DNA from: an uncultured bacterium
GTDB taxonomy: Bacteria > Desulfobacterota_D > UBA1144 > Nemesobacterales > UBA2774
Direction of reading: 5' to 3'
DNA: 64,000 nucleotides
Assembly (NCBI GenBank): GCA_963825135.1
Contig: CAWGRW010000009.1
Span: forward strand, 2,091,301 to 2,155,300
The notes below the pieces were generated by a model. The model saw only the letters and a list, made by a program, of their open reading frames with translations. It had not been told where the DNA came from and did not search any database. The position numbers and the translations under genes were made by a program. Shown one piece after another: positions 8,856 through 17,305 of the stretch (the stretch's first letter is position 1; each line of letters begins with the position of its first letter).

Positions 8856-9269
8856 TTAATTCATCGCCGCTGCGAACGGAGCCTCGCCGAGCAGGGCTTG
8901 CGCGTATGCGCACCAGATCTGGACCTTTGCTACATCGTGCACGTATGAGGGCACCGTGATTGACTTATTAATCTTGTCACCCTTTATGGGCAGGCGCTCC
9001 AGCAGGTAAACGTTGCCTTTCGAATCCACGACCTGCCAGTGTGGGTCGGGGGTCCCCGGTACTACGAAATCGTCGGAGAGCGTAAGGACGGTTTTGCCCC
9101 CGTCTTTCGTGAGCGTCACGGTACCGCCGTTTACCTTAGCGCCCGAGAACGGCTGCGAAGTCATCTGATCCGCGGCGTAGCCGGCCGCTGCCCCGATTAT
9201 CAGCACGAGAAGCATAACGATCGAAACAACGCCTGATTTAATACTCGTCGACTTAAAAGAGCTAAGCAT
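8856..9269 (-). CDS. Exported hypothetical protein, weakly DM13-like
   Basis: TM/signal helix followed by VTLTKDGGKTVLTLSDDFVVPGTPDPHWQVV...VQIWCAYAQALLGEAPF. This resembles the DM13 layout (L.L.dF....gPD ... iwC......fG.a). The resemblance is judged by eye only. Confidence 0.4.
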   Translation of the reverse strand: MLSSFKSTSIKSGVVSIVMLLVLIIGAAAGYAADQMTSQPFSGAKVNGGTVTLTKDGGKTVLTLSDDFVVPGTPDPHWQVVDSKGNVYLLERLPIKGDKINKSITVPSYVHDVAKVQIWCAYAQALLGEAPFAAAMN

Positions 9270-9303
9270 TTTACTTCCTCCTGTGTTAGTGTTTTTAAAT
9301 CTT

Positions 9304-10137
9304 CTAAATTAAGCTTCTTACTTTTTCCGTCGCCAGATTCATATTCTCGGACTTTACCTCTCCCGGATACCCGCAGTGAATGCACCGCTTGTTGTTCTGA
9401 TGGTGGAGCTTCGCGCACGATACCGCGTTCGCCCCTTTAACGCGGACATAAACCTCCGCGGCCAGCAGCATCCCGAATAAAGGAGCCGTAAAGTAGATCC
9501 ATAGCCCGCTATGGTTGTTCGCGAAGAGGCTCGAGCCGAGAGAGCGCGCCGGGTTCATGCTCATTCCCGAGATCGGGGCCTCGAACGTGATGTAAGTCGC
9601 TACGAGCAATCCGGCGAAGAGCCCCGTGTACCTCGCGATGCTCGGGGTGTTCGATACGGTGAGCACGACCGTCATGAGGATGAACGAGATGACCGCCTCC
9701 GCAATAAAAGCGATTATCACCCCTTGCATACCCGGAAAGGTGGCTGCGTAGTTCACGTGGGGGTGCGATGCGATCCTGCCGATTAATATGTGAGCGATAA
9801 GCACGCCTGCCGCCGCTCCTGCGAACTGGGCTATTACGTAAAACGCCGCGTCCCAGGCCTTTACCTTGCCGAGCCTGAGGAATGTGAGGGTTACTGACGG
9901 GTTGATGTGCGCGCCTGACTGCTTGCCCCAGGGAGAATAGATGATGGATATCGCGGTCAGACCCATTGCCATACCCATCAGCACTCTCCTGGTCATCGGG
10001 TCGGGTATTGCGCCATGGACCGGAGAAGAGGGGTGCTCTAGAAGCGCCACGAATAAGCACGCGGATATCATAAAGAACCCGAGCCCGGCGGCTTCGATCA
10101 GGTATTCGGGCCAATGATTTTTCAGTATTGTCAGCAT
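9304..10137 (-). CDS. MIP/aquaporin-family channel with Cys/His-rich C-terminal tail
   Basis: Two half-helix motifs, HINPSVT (NPS) and MNPARS (NPA), and six hydrophobic helices. C-terminal tail is CAKLHHQNNKRCIHCGYPGE. Confidence 0.85.
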   Translation of the reverse strand: MLTILKNHWPEYLIEAAGLGFFMISACLFVALLEHPSSPVHGAIPDPMTRRVLMGMAMGLTAISIIYSPWGKQSGAHINPSVTLTFLRLGKVKAWDAAFYVIAQFAGAAAGVLIAHILIGRIASHPHVNYAATFPGMQGVIIAFIAEAVISFILMTVVLTVSNTPSIARYTGLFAGLLVATYITFEAPISGMSMNPARSLGSSLFANNHSGLWIYFTAPLFGMLLAAEVYVRVKGANAVSCAKLHHQNNKRCIHCGYPGEVKSENMNLATEKVRSLI

Positions 10138-10155
10138 GGCGGTATTGACCCTATT

Positions 10156-11262
10156 TCAGTTAAGCGGAGCTACTTCGCAGAAGACTTTAATCGCGCCTTT
10201 CGCGTTTGTGAGGGTGTTCATGAGCTCTTTGTAGTTTTCGAGTCCTTTGACCGGGTGAGTGAGGAAATTGGAAATCCACCCCGGCCATTCATGCTCCGCG
10301 TGCGAAATGTCTTTTACGCCCATCTCGAAGTATTCGCGGTTCGCGTTGACGGTTCCCACGACTACCTTGTTACCCAGGACGAATCCGAGGTTTATCATGT
10401 CGCAAGGCACTTCGACCTTCCGGTCCCCTCCCGTAACGCTCGAGAGCACGAGGACGCCGTTCTTACCAAGGCAATTCATCGCCTCGAACACGATTGGAGA
10501 GAAGCCCGTCGCCTCGAAGATTATGTCGAAAGGACCGTGTTTGTCCGCCGCTTGCATAATATTTATTTCGTCTGTCGTGTGGTAATGCGCACCGATCTGT
10601 TCTATCAGGTCCGAGTTCAGGTACGGGGCTTTGGTCCTGCCGAATACATGTACCTGCATACCCCTCAATCTGAGGGCCATGGCGGCGAGGAGACCGATGG
10701 TCCCGGCTCCCAGCACCGCCGCGCGCTTCGGGCGCCAAACGCGGAGGCGTCTCTGTATCTCGTAAGCCTGGGCAATGCCCTTTTCGATGACACTCGTGGG
10801 CTCGAGGAGAACTCCGAATTCCTTCAAGCCCCTAGGGACTTTCACGAGGTATTCGGGATCCTCAACATAATATTCAGTCAGGAAGCCGTGGAGGAGGTTT
10901 ATTCCATGCTCAAAGTAGTTGTCGTCGGTCGTCGTATCGTACTTGCCAATTTTGTCGTAGATGCTTCCGCCGGGTCTCCTGACAGTGGCCGTGACGTAGT
11001 CTCCGGGGACGAACTCCGTGACGTTCTTTCCCACTTCCTCGACTATCCCGAAGCTCTCGTGTCCTATCACCAGAAAATCGTATCCGGTAGGCGCGGCCCC
11101 GTACTCGGCGGCGTTTATCTCCTTATCCGTTCCGTCCACCCCCACGCGCAGTACTTTCACCAACACCCCGCGCCCGTCCGGTATCTCGTTTATATTGGGC
11201 TTCGGGAGCTCCGTAAGGTGAACGCTGCCCGGCTTGCCCGGAATGACTCCTATCGCTTTCAT
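10156..11262 (-). CDS. Glucose 1-dehydrogenase, archaeal-type medium-chain (zinc) dehydrogenase
   Basis: MKAIGV...[12 protein letters not shown]...[14 protein letters not shown]...TVRRPGG...[14 protein letters not shown] closely follows my recollection of haloarchaeal GlcDH, including Asp in place of the usual zinc-ligand Cys in GVDGTD. The 419-aa plus-strand ORF opposite is a shadow. Confidence 0.75.
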   Translation of the reverse strand: MKAIGVIPGKPGSVHLTELPKPNINEIPDGRGVLVKVLRVGVDGTDKEINAAEYGAAPTGYDFLVIGHESFGIVEEVGKNVTEFVPGDYVTATVRRPGGSIYDKIGKYDTTTDDNYFEHGINLLHGFLTEYYVEDPEYLVKVPRGLKEFGVLLEPTSVIEKGIAQAYEIQRRLRVWRPKRAAVLGAGTIGLLAAMALRLRGMQVHVFGRTKAPYLNSDLIEQIGAHYHTTDEINIMQAADKHGPFDIIFEATGFSPIVFEAMNCLGKNGVLVLSSVTGGDRKVEVPCDMINLGFVLGNKVVVGTVNANREYFEMGVKDISHAEHEWPGWISNFLTHPVKGLENYKELMNTLTNAKGAIKVFCEVAPLN

Positions 11263-11386
11263 AAATCCGCTCTCCTTGGTACTAAAGTTGCCAAGTTAGA
11301 CGAACGTATGGCGGGGATGGATTTACGGCATGGCTATGTGGAGCTGATCGCTAAAGGCGGCAGGGCGATATAGGGCAGGGAGAGTA

Positions 11387-12157
11387 TCAAACCCCTCTTT
11401 CCAGGAGTATCTTCGAGGGCTTCGGGACCTTCCTCAATTTTATACCGAACTTGTCGACGATGTTCTTATGAATATAGGCGACGGCTTCATCGACCGAATC
11501 GGTGAACACGAGGAAGCCGAGGTCGTTCTCGTCTATCGTTTGTTCCATGACCATCAAATCGAGAAAATCCATGAGGGGCTTGAAATAATCCCTACCCAGG
11601 AGGATTATCGGAAAGTTGTAGATCTTCTTTGTCTGGATCAGGGTCAGCGTTTCAAAGAGCTCGTCCATTGTCCCCGCGCCGCCCGGCAGCACGACGAACG
11701 CATACGAGTATTTAAGGAGCATGAGTTTCCTGACGAAGAAATACTTGAAAGTTACCATTATGTCGAGGTAGGGGTTCGGCTTTTGCTCCATCGGGAGCTT
11801 GATATTACAGCCTATCGATTTTCCGCCCGCTTCCTTCGCCCCCCTGTTGGCCGCTTCCATGATGCCGGGCCCGCCTCCGGTCATTACGGCGAAGCCCATG
11901 TTCGCGAGCTCGTACCCCATCTTCCGTGCGAGCTCGTACTTCGGGTTCCCTTCCTTCGTTCTCGCCGATCCGAAGACAGTGACGACCGGGCCTACGAAAT
12001 GGAGTATCCTGAACCCCCTTAAGAACTCCCGCATTACGCGGAATAAAAACCAGAGCTCCCTCAGCCTCGAGTGCGGCCCTTCGATGAACTGCATCTCCTC
12101 CGTGCGGGGTTTTACGCTCTTTTGCCTGTAAAAGAATTCCCTGAGGTCCTTTAACAT
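11387..12157 (-). CDS. LOG-family (TIGR00730) nucleotide phosphoribohydrolase
   Basis: Motifs GGGPGIMEA and PGGAGTMDELFE. Confidence 0.85.
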   Translation of the reverse strand: MLKDLREFFYRQKSVKPRTEEMQFIEGPHSRLRELWFLFRVMREFLRGFRILHFVGPVVTVFGSARTKEGNPKYELARKMGYELANMGFAVMTGGGPGIMEAANRGAKEAGGKSIGCNIKLPMEQKPNPYLDIMVTFKYFFVRKLMLLKYSYAFVVLPGGAGTMDELFETLTLIQTKKIYNFPIILLGRDYFKPLMDFLDLMVMEQTIDENDLGFLVFTDSVDEAVAYIHKNIVDKFGIKLRKVPKPSKILLERGV

Positions 12158-12298
12158 GTTCGTATTATCCCCGTAGATATTTAAACGCTACAGCCGCCAC
12201 GCTCTGGAGTCTATCTCTTAAATACATCAATATAGTGGATTGTGTCAATAGATTCCGGGGTTTCGGTTATGATTTCGACCGGCGTTCTCCGGCCGCTT

Positions 12299-13462
12299 TC
12301 AGTAAACGGCTTTATCGGCCGGCTTGGCGGATCCGATAACGAAGCTGTTAATAATTGTCCGGGCGTATTCTTGACCCTGCGCCCTGTCGTACACGCCGCC
12401 CTCGGCCAATCTGTCTGAGTATTCGAACAGGTATTCGTATAGTTTTTTATCCTGATAGCTATTTTTCAATCTTAGAGTCGGGTTTGACTTAATCGCTTCT
12501 TCCCACACCTGTCTCACATCAGCCCAGAACGGCGCGGTCCGCTCCCAGTATTCTCTGGCGGCCGAGTCGTTAAAACCGGACAACCGTTCATACCGGTCGA
12601 GCCCGATCTCTTTTGCGAGGTAGGGGTCGTTCCCGAGCTCCTTACCGTCCCCGTCCACGACCATTTTGAGGTTGTCCTGTTCATGCGCCCAGCCGGTGGG
12701 AGTGATGGTTATGCGGTTCACGCCCGAGAGCACGTTATAATCGTCCCTCACGCTGAATTCCCGCCTCGGCAGCGGGCGCCATGTGACGGGGCTCGTCCAG
12801 GTCACATCGTTCCCGTCGTACACCCATTCCGCGAGCGCTTCGTATCTGGGCGTATCGTCTACCTGATAGACCGCCTGGGACCATTTCCCGGCGGCTTGGT
12901 CCCTGGGGACTTTGACCGTTTGCCAGGTGTTGTTGCCTCTGTACTCCAAAATCTCCTCGTCCTGATAAGTCCAGTCCTGACGCCAGTGTTTGGTTACTGA
13001 CGGGCCCTCCACTTTCCCGTTTTCGTCCAGGAAATACATTACGAGTATGTGCTGGAGACTTATGAAGCTGCCCGTGTCCTCGATCACCTTTATGTATTCA
13101 GTCGCCCAGGACTGATAGGGGCGGTCAACCTTGTATCCGGTACGGAGCGGTATTGTCTCGATGAAATTGAACGTGACCCTGTATGTTCCGGCCATCGACA
13201 GAATGGCTCTTCTGTCGCGCTCGTACTTCGTGATGCCGGGTTCCCGTACGGCGATCAATCCGGGGTTCGGGGATTTGTCCAGTATGACGGGCGCGCCCGC
13301 GGTCACGCCGCCCCTGGGCTTCATAGAGTCGTTATCCGAGTATTCCCAGCTGAAGGTGAATTGCTTCTCCGCCGGCGGGTTTTGTTGAACGGCAGTCTTC
13401 GCGGCGCAGCCGCTTACTGCGATCGGCAAACAAATGAGTAAGGGCAGCAGTTTTTTCGTCAT
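12299..13462 (-). CDS. Hypothetical lipoprotein
   Basis: Start trimmed to MTKKLLPLLICLPIAVSGC, which contains a lipobox. I recognise no family for the remainder. Confidence 0.55.
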   Translation of the reverse strand: MTKKLLPLLICLPIAVSGCAAKTAVQQNPPAEKQFTFSWEYSDNDSMKPRGGVTAGAPVILDKSPNPGLIAVREPGITKYERDRRAILSMAGTYRVTFNFIETIPLRTGYKVDRPYQSWATEYIKVIEDTGSFISLQHILVMYFLDENGKVEGPSVTKHWRQDWTYQDEEILEYRGNNTWQTVKVPRDQAAGKWSQAVYQVDDTPRYEALAEWVYDGNDVTWTSPVTWRPLPRREFSVRDDYNVLSGVNRITITPTGWAHEQDNLKMVVDGDGKELGNDPYLAKEIGLDRYERLSGFNDSAAREYWERTAPFWADVRQVWEEAIKSNPTLRLKNSYQDKKLYEYLFEYSDRLAEGGVYDRAQGQEYARTIINSFVIGSAKPADKAVY

Positions 13463-13686
13463 GACCCGGCTTGCTCGCAAGAAACGTTTAAAGATTACCC
13501 AAGCCGAAGAAAGATTCGAAATTAAGCCGGATTTTTGTAAATATCCCGGGAAGATAATTTTAATGATAAATATTAATAAAGTTCCTGATATTCGCCCGTA
13601 CCCGAGCTGAAAGTTCAATTGAGCTGTATATTTTGCCTATGGCAACGGTCGGAAACACGCCTCAAAACCGATTGAAGGAGGAAGTG

Positions 13687-14373
13687 ATGAGCACTCGTAT
13701 CTTTCTTATAATTATATATTTAGTTTTTGTAATATTAGTCTCGGCATCTATAGACTCGCGAGCCGATGTGCTTTGCGCCAACGAAAGAAGCGGAGTCGTC
13801 AGAATCCGCCCTGAGGAATGCGAGCCTGATGAGACTGTAGTGGATTTGAGCGGAATTGCGCAGTCCCCCGCGGTCAAGCCGCCCCGGTGGAGATGGCTGG
13901 GCGAGGGCGAGGGGACCTACTGGTACGTACCAAAAGCAAACCTGCCCGCCGTAGAATGGGATACATCCGATCCCGAGAGCTATTCGCCCGTAATTGACCA
14001 GACGGTATGGCATATCGATCATTACGCGAACGGATATTTCTCAGGAACCGTAGTCGCGCAGATAGGGGTGCATCCGCCGCAGTGTCAGTACCTGATTGGG
14101 TCCGTAACTCCGAACGGCACGGTCTATATCACCTTCAATTCTCTTGCTGCTGTGCCTGTGGGCTCGCCTGCGTTGACGACTGGGGTGGGGACAATGGTGC
14201 TTAAGGGAAACGACTGGACATTCAACATGCAGATGGCCTCGGGTCAAGCCTCTAGCCAGATCACACACTGGGCTTACATGCTCGAGTGCACGCCGGATGA
14301 GAAGTGCTGGACGGACCTGCCCGGGATACAGACGAGCCTGCCTGATTTTGTCGCCGAATGCGGTACCCAATAG
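13687..14373 (+). CDS. Hypothetical exported protein
   Basis: AGGAGG RBS 7 nt before ATG 13687. Signal-like MSTRIFLIIIYLVFVILVSASIDSRA. No recognised family. Confidence 0.5.
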   Translation: MSTRIFLIIIYLVFVILVSASIDSRADVLCANERSGVVRIRPEECEPDETVVDLSGIAQSPAVKPPRWRWLGEGEGTYWYVPKANLPAVEWDTSDPESYSPVIDQTVWHIDHYANGYFSGTVVAQIGVHPPQCQYLIGSVTPNGTVYITFNSLAAVPVGSPALTTGVGTMVLKGNDWTFNMQMASGQASSQITHWAYMLECTPDEKCWTDLPGIQTSLPDFVAECGTQ

Positions 14374-14614
14374 CCTCGCTGGGGACCACAATAGGCAAAG
14401 CCCAATAACGATTTGTAAAATACGGGCGGGAGCCGGTCCACGCTCGCATTCTGCATCGGAGATTGCCTGCCGGGCCCGGGCTTGGCGACGCTATCGGGCT
14501 TCTATGTAAATATTACATTAAGGGGAGTGTATAACCTTAACAACTTTCCCGTAATGACTTATACTAACTTTTGGTCTCAGGTTATGATGATATGAGCCTT
14601 TACCCCGAATCGTA

Positions 14615-17287
14615 ATGAATAAAGTCGATAAAAAGAAACCCGGGAAAACAAATAAGTCCGTAATTGATTCCGGAAACCATCTGTTGGCGGTTCTCGATAC
14701 GGTGGGGGAAGGGATTGTGACGATCGATTCCGAGGGCACGGTTATCATGGTCAACAGAGAATTCGAAAATATCTGGGGTTATCAGCGCGACGAGATAATC
14801 GGAGTCAACCTGACGATTCTCATGCCGGAGAAATACAGGGGCGCTCACAAAGCCGGTATGAAGCGCTACCTCTCGACAAGAGAGGCTGTCGTTCTCGGCC
14901 GCAGGCTTGAGCTCGAGGGTCTCAGAAAAGACGGGTCCGTCTTCCCTCTCGAAATCCGCATAACCGAAACGGAGATAAACCGTGACGTCTATTTTACCGC
15001 GGCGGTTCGGGACCTTACCGATCTTAAAAAAGCGGCCAAGCTCCTGCACGACGAAGCGCAGCTAAGGAGGCAGAACGAAGTTCTTCTGGAGCTTGCAAAG
15101 AGCGAAGCGATCGAAGCGGGAGACCTCGACGCGATCCTGATAAAGATAACTGAAGCAGCGACTAGAACACTGGGAGTCGAGAGGGCTAATATATGGTTAT
15201 ACGATGAGGCGCGGACCCGGATCCATTGTATCGAGCAGTATGAGGCCGGGACCGGAAAGCACTCCGACGGAGCCGAGTTGTCAGCCTCCGACTACCCGAC
15301 GTACTTCAAGGCTCTGGAGAACGAAAGAATTATTGCCGCGCACGACGCCGCAACCGATCCAAGGACGTCGGAGTTCGACGAAACGTATCTCAAACCGTTG
15401 GGTATCACTTCCATGCTCGATGCCCCGGTAAGGCTTAAGGGGCGAATGATAGGACTGATATGCCATGAGCACATGGGGCCGCAGAGGACGTGGACCCTCG
15501 AAGAACAGAACTTCGCGGGATCTGTCGCAGACCTGCTTTCGCTCGCTCTGGAAGCGAGAGAGCGGAAAAGGGTGGAGAAATCCCTGAGAGAGAGCGAGGA
15601 AAAATTCCGCACATTAGTTGAAAATACATATGACTATATCTATGAAGCGAGCATCGACGGCAAATTCCTTTACCTGAGCTCCAAACACAAGGATGTCCTC
15701 GGTTATGATCCCCAGGAATTTATCGGCAGTGATATATTTGAGCTGATCTACCCGGAAGACCGTCCGGCGGTGATGGAGGTATTTCAAAAGATTATTAATA
15801 CCTCGACCTCGGGACACGCCGTATACAGGTACCGGCACAAGAACGGTGACTGGCTCTGGTTTGAAGCTACCGGCAGGCCATACGTAACTATGGGCGGTAA
15901 GACGCGGATACTCATCTTCAGCAGGGAAATCACGGAGAGGAAGAATGCCGAGGAAGCCCTCAAAGAGACGCTCGGCCAGCTCTCCAGGAAAAACAGATAT
16001 GAGACTATAATCAGCGCGGTTACCAGGAGCGTTCACCAATCGACGGACCTGGAAAACGTGCTTGAAAACGCCGTCCAGGCGATATTCGAGAACATAGAAA
16101 AGGCCGATAGCGTATCTATTTATTTTGTAGAAGGGGAGGAAGCCGTTCTAAAAGCGCACAGGGGTTATGTCGACTGGTATATAAAGAGGGTAGCCAGAAT
16201 CCCATATCCCCGCGGATACGCATGGAAGGTGATTATGGATGAAAATCCGAGGTATTGCCCGGATACGGAGATGGATACCGTGATAGGGCCCGCGGGAAGA
16301 GAGTTAGGAATAAAATGCTATTTGTCCCTTCCGATCCTTTATGCGGGTAAGACTATAGGTACGATAAATATTAACTCGTTCCAGAAGGGGGCGTTCGATG
16401 AGGAGGAGCTGAAACTCCTCGAGATAGTGGGTGATCAGATTTCGGTCGCGATAGGTAACGCCAGGCAGAAAGGGGCGCTCCAGGAAGCGATGTCCGAAGT
16501 TGAGCTGCTAAAAAAGCGGCTTAAGAATAATAAGCTCTTTTTGCCCGAGGAAGAAACGCGCGAGCTGCATTTCGAAGGGATCATAGGCAAATGCTCTCCG
16601 CTGCGCAAGGCGATGTTCATGGCGGAGCGGATCGCTCCCACGGATTCTGCAGTGCTGATCAAGGGCGAGCCGGGCACGGGCAAGCATTTATTCGCGGAGA
16701 CTATTCACAGGATGTCTGTGAGGGCCGAAAACCCTTTCGTGAAAATCAACCTTAAGGGCCATGAGGGAGGCCTTGCCGAGGTTCGGATGTTCGGGTTTGA
16801 AGAAAAGGGTGCCGACAGCACCGCTATTTCCCTTTCCGTAGGCAGCGTGGAGCTCGCAAATAACGGCACTGTATATATTAAAGATATCAGCGGGTTGTCC
16901 ATAAATATACAGAGAATACTATTGTCCATATTACAGGAAGGGGAGTTCGTTCGTCCCGGCAGCTCGCGTGCAATTAAAGTGAATGTCAGGGTCATTGCGG
17001 GGACGAACGGGGAACTGGAGAAGTCGGTGGAGGACGGACTATTTCTCGAAGACCTGTTTCATGAGCTCAGCGGGTCTCAGATTATACTACCGCCGTTGAA
17101 AGAGAGGTTGGAAGATATCCCACTTCTTGCCCAGCATTTCTTATTAAAGCACGGTAAAAAGCCCGGGAAGGAATTGAAATCCATATCACAGCATCTGCTG
17201 GACAATTTTGATTCTTATGATTGGACGGATAACGTCAGGCAGCTCGAAAGAATAATAAAAGACGCCGTTGCCGCATCCGGCACCTGA
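14615..17287 (+). CDS. PAS-GAF-PAS-GAF sensor protein with degenerate sigma-54-activator-type AAA+ domain and no DNA-binding domain
   Basis: Two PAS-like segments (VTIDSEGTVIMVNREFENIWGY...; YIYEASIDGKFLYLSSKHKDVLGY...) and two GAF-like segments. The AAA+ core has Walker A GEPGTGKH and ILPPLKERLEDIPLLAQHFL...NVRQLERII. The protein ends directly after sensor II. Confidence 0.8.
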   Translation: MNKVDKKKPGKTNKSVIDSGNHLLAVLDTVGEGIVTIDSEGTVIMVNREFENIWGYQRDEIIGVNLTILMPEKYRGAHKAGMKRYLSTREAVVLGRRLELEGLRKDGSVFPLEIRITETEINRDVYFTAAVRDLTDLKKAAKLLHDEAQLRRQNEVLLELAKSEAIEAGDLDAILIKITEAATRTLGVERANIWLYDEARTRIHCIEQYEAGTGKHSDGAELSASDYPTYFKALENERIIAAHDAATDPRTSEFDETYLKPLGITSMLDAPVRLKGRMIGLICHEHMGPQRTWTLEEQNFAGSVADLLSLALEARERKRVEKSLRESEEKFRTLVENTYDYIYEASIDGKFLYLSSKHKDVLGYDPQEFIGSDIFELIYPEDRPAVMEVFQKIINTSTSGHAVYRYRHKNGDWLWFEATGRPYVTMGGKTRILIFSREITERKNAEEALKETLGQLSRKNRYETIISAVTRSVHQSTDLENVLENAVQAIFENIEKADSVSIYFVEGEEAVLKAHRGYVDWYIKRVARIPYPRGYAWKVIMDENPRYCPDTEMDTVIGPAGRELGIKCYLSLPILYAGKTIGTININSFQKGAFDEEELKLLEIVGDQISVAIGNARQKGALQEAMSEVELLKKRLKNNKLFLPEEETRELHFEGIIGKCSPLRKAMFMAERIAPTDSAVLIKGEPGTGKHLFAETIHRMSVRAENPFVKINLKGHEGGLAEVRMFGFEEKGADSTAISLSVGSVELANNGTVYIKDISGLSINIQRILLSILQEGEFVRPGSSRAIKVNVRVIAGTNGELEKSVEDGLFLEDLFHELSGSQIILPPLKERLEDIPLLAQHFLLKHGKKPGKELKSISQHLLDNFDSYDWTDNVRQLERIIKDAVAASGT

Positions 17288-17305
17288 GGGCCGGGAATAG
17301 TTTAA

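Noticed and set aside
9509-10114. 201-aa ORF in an alternative frame of the aquaporin gene
   Set aside because: Arg-rich nonsense, while the aquaporin frame has both NPx motifs and six TM helices.
10114-11373. 419-aa plus-strand ORF, the longest ORF in its region
   Set aside because: It is exactly antisense to the well-supported glucose dehydrogenase gene. Its sequence is Arg/His/Val-rich nonsense with no motifs or RBS, typical of a shadow ORF.
14504-14518. 6-3-6 palindrome atgtaa-ata-ttacat upstream of the sensor operon, considered as a possible operator
   Set aside because: A 6-bp-arm palindrome is expected many times by chance in 64 kb (about 64000/4^6 per spacer length), and I saw no second copy. 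It is not distinguishable from noise.
14374-14614. Search for a sigma-54 (-24 GG / -12 GC) promoter near the activator-like gene and its partner
   Set aside because: No TGGCAC-N5-TTGC-like element is visible upstream of 14615, and only 18 nt separate the two genes. This is consistent with the protein not being a real sigma-54 activator.
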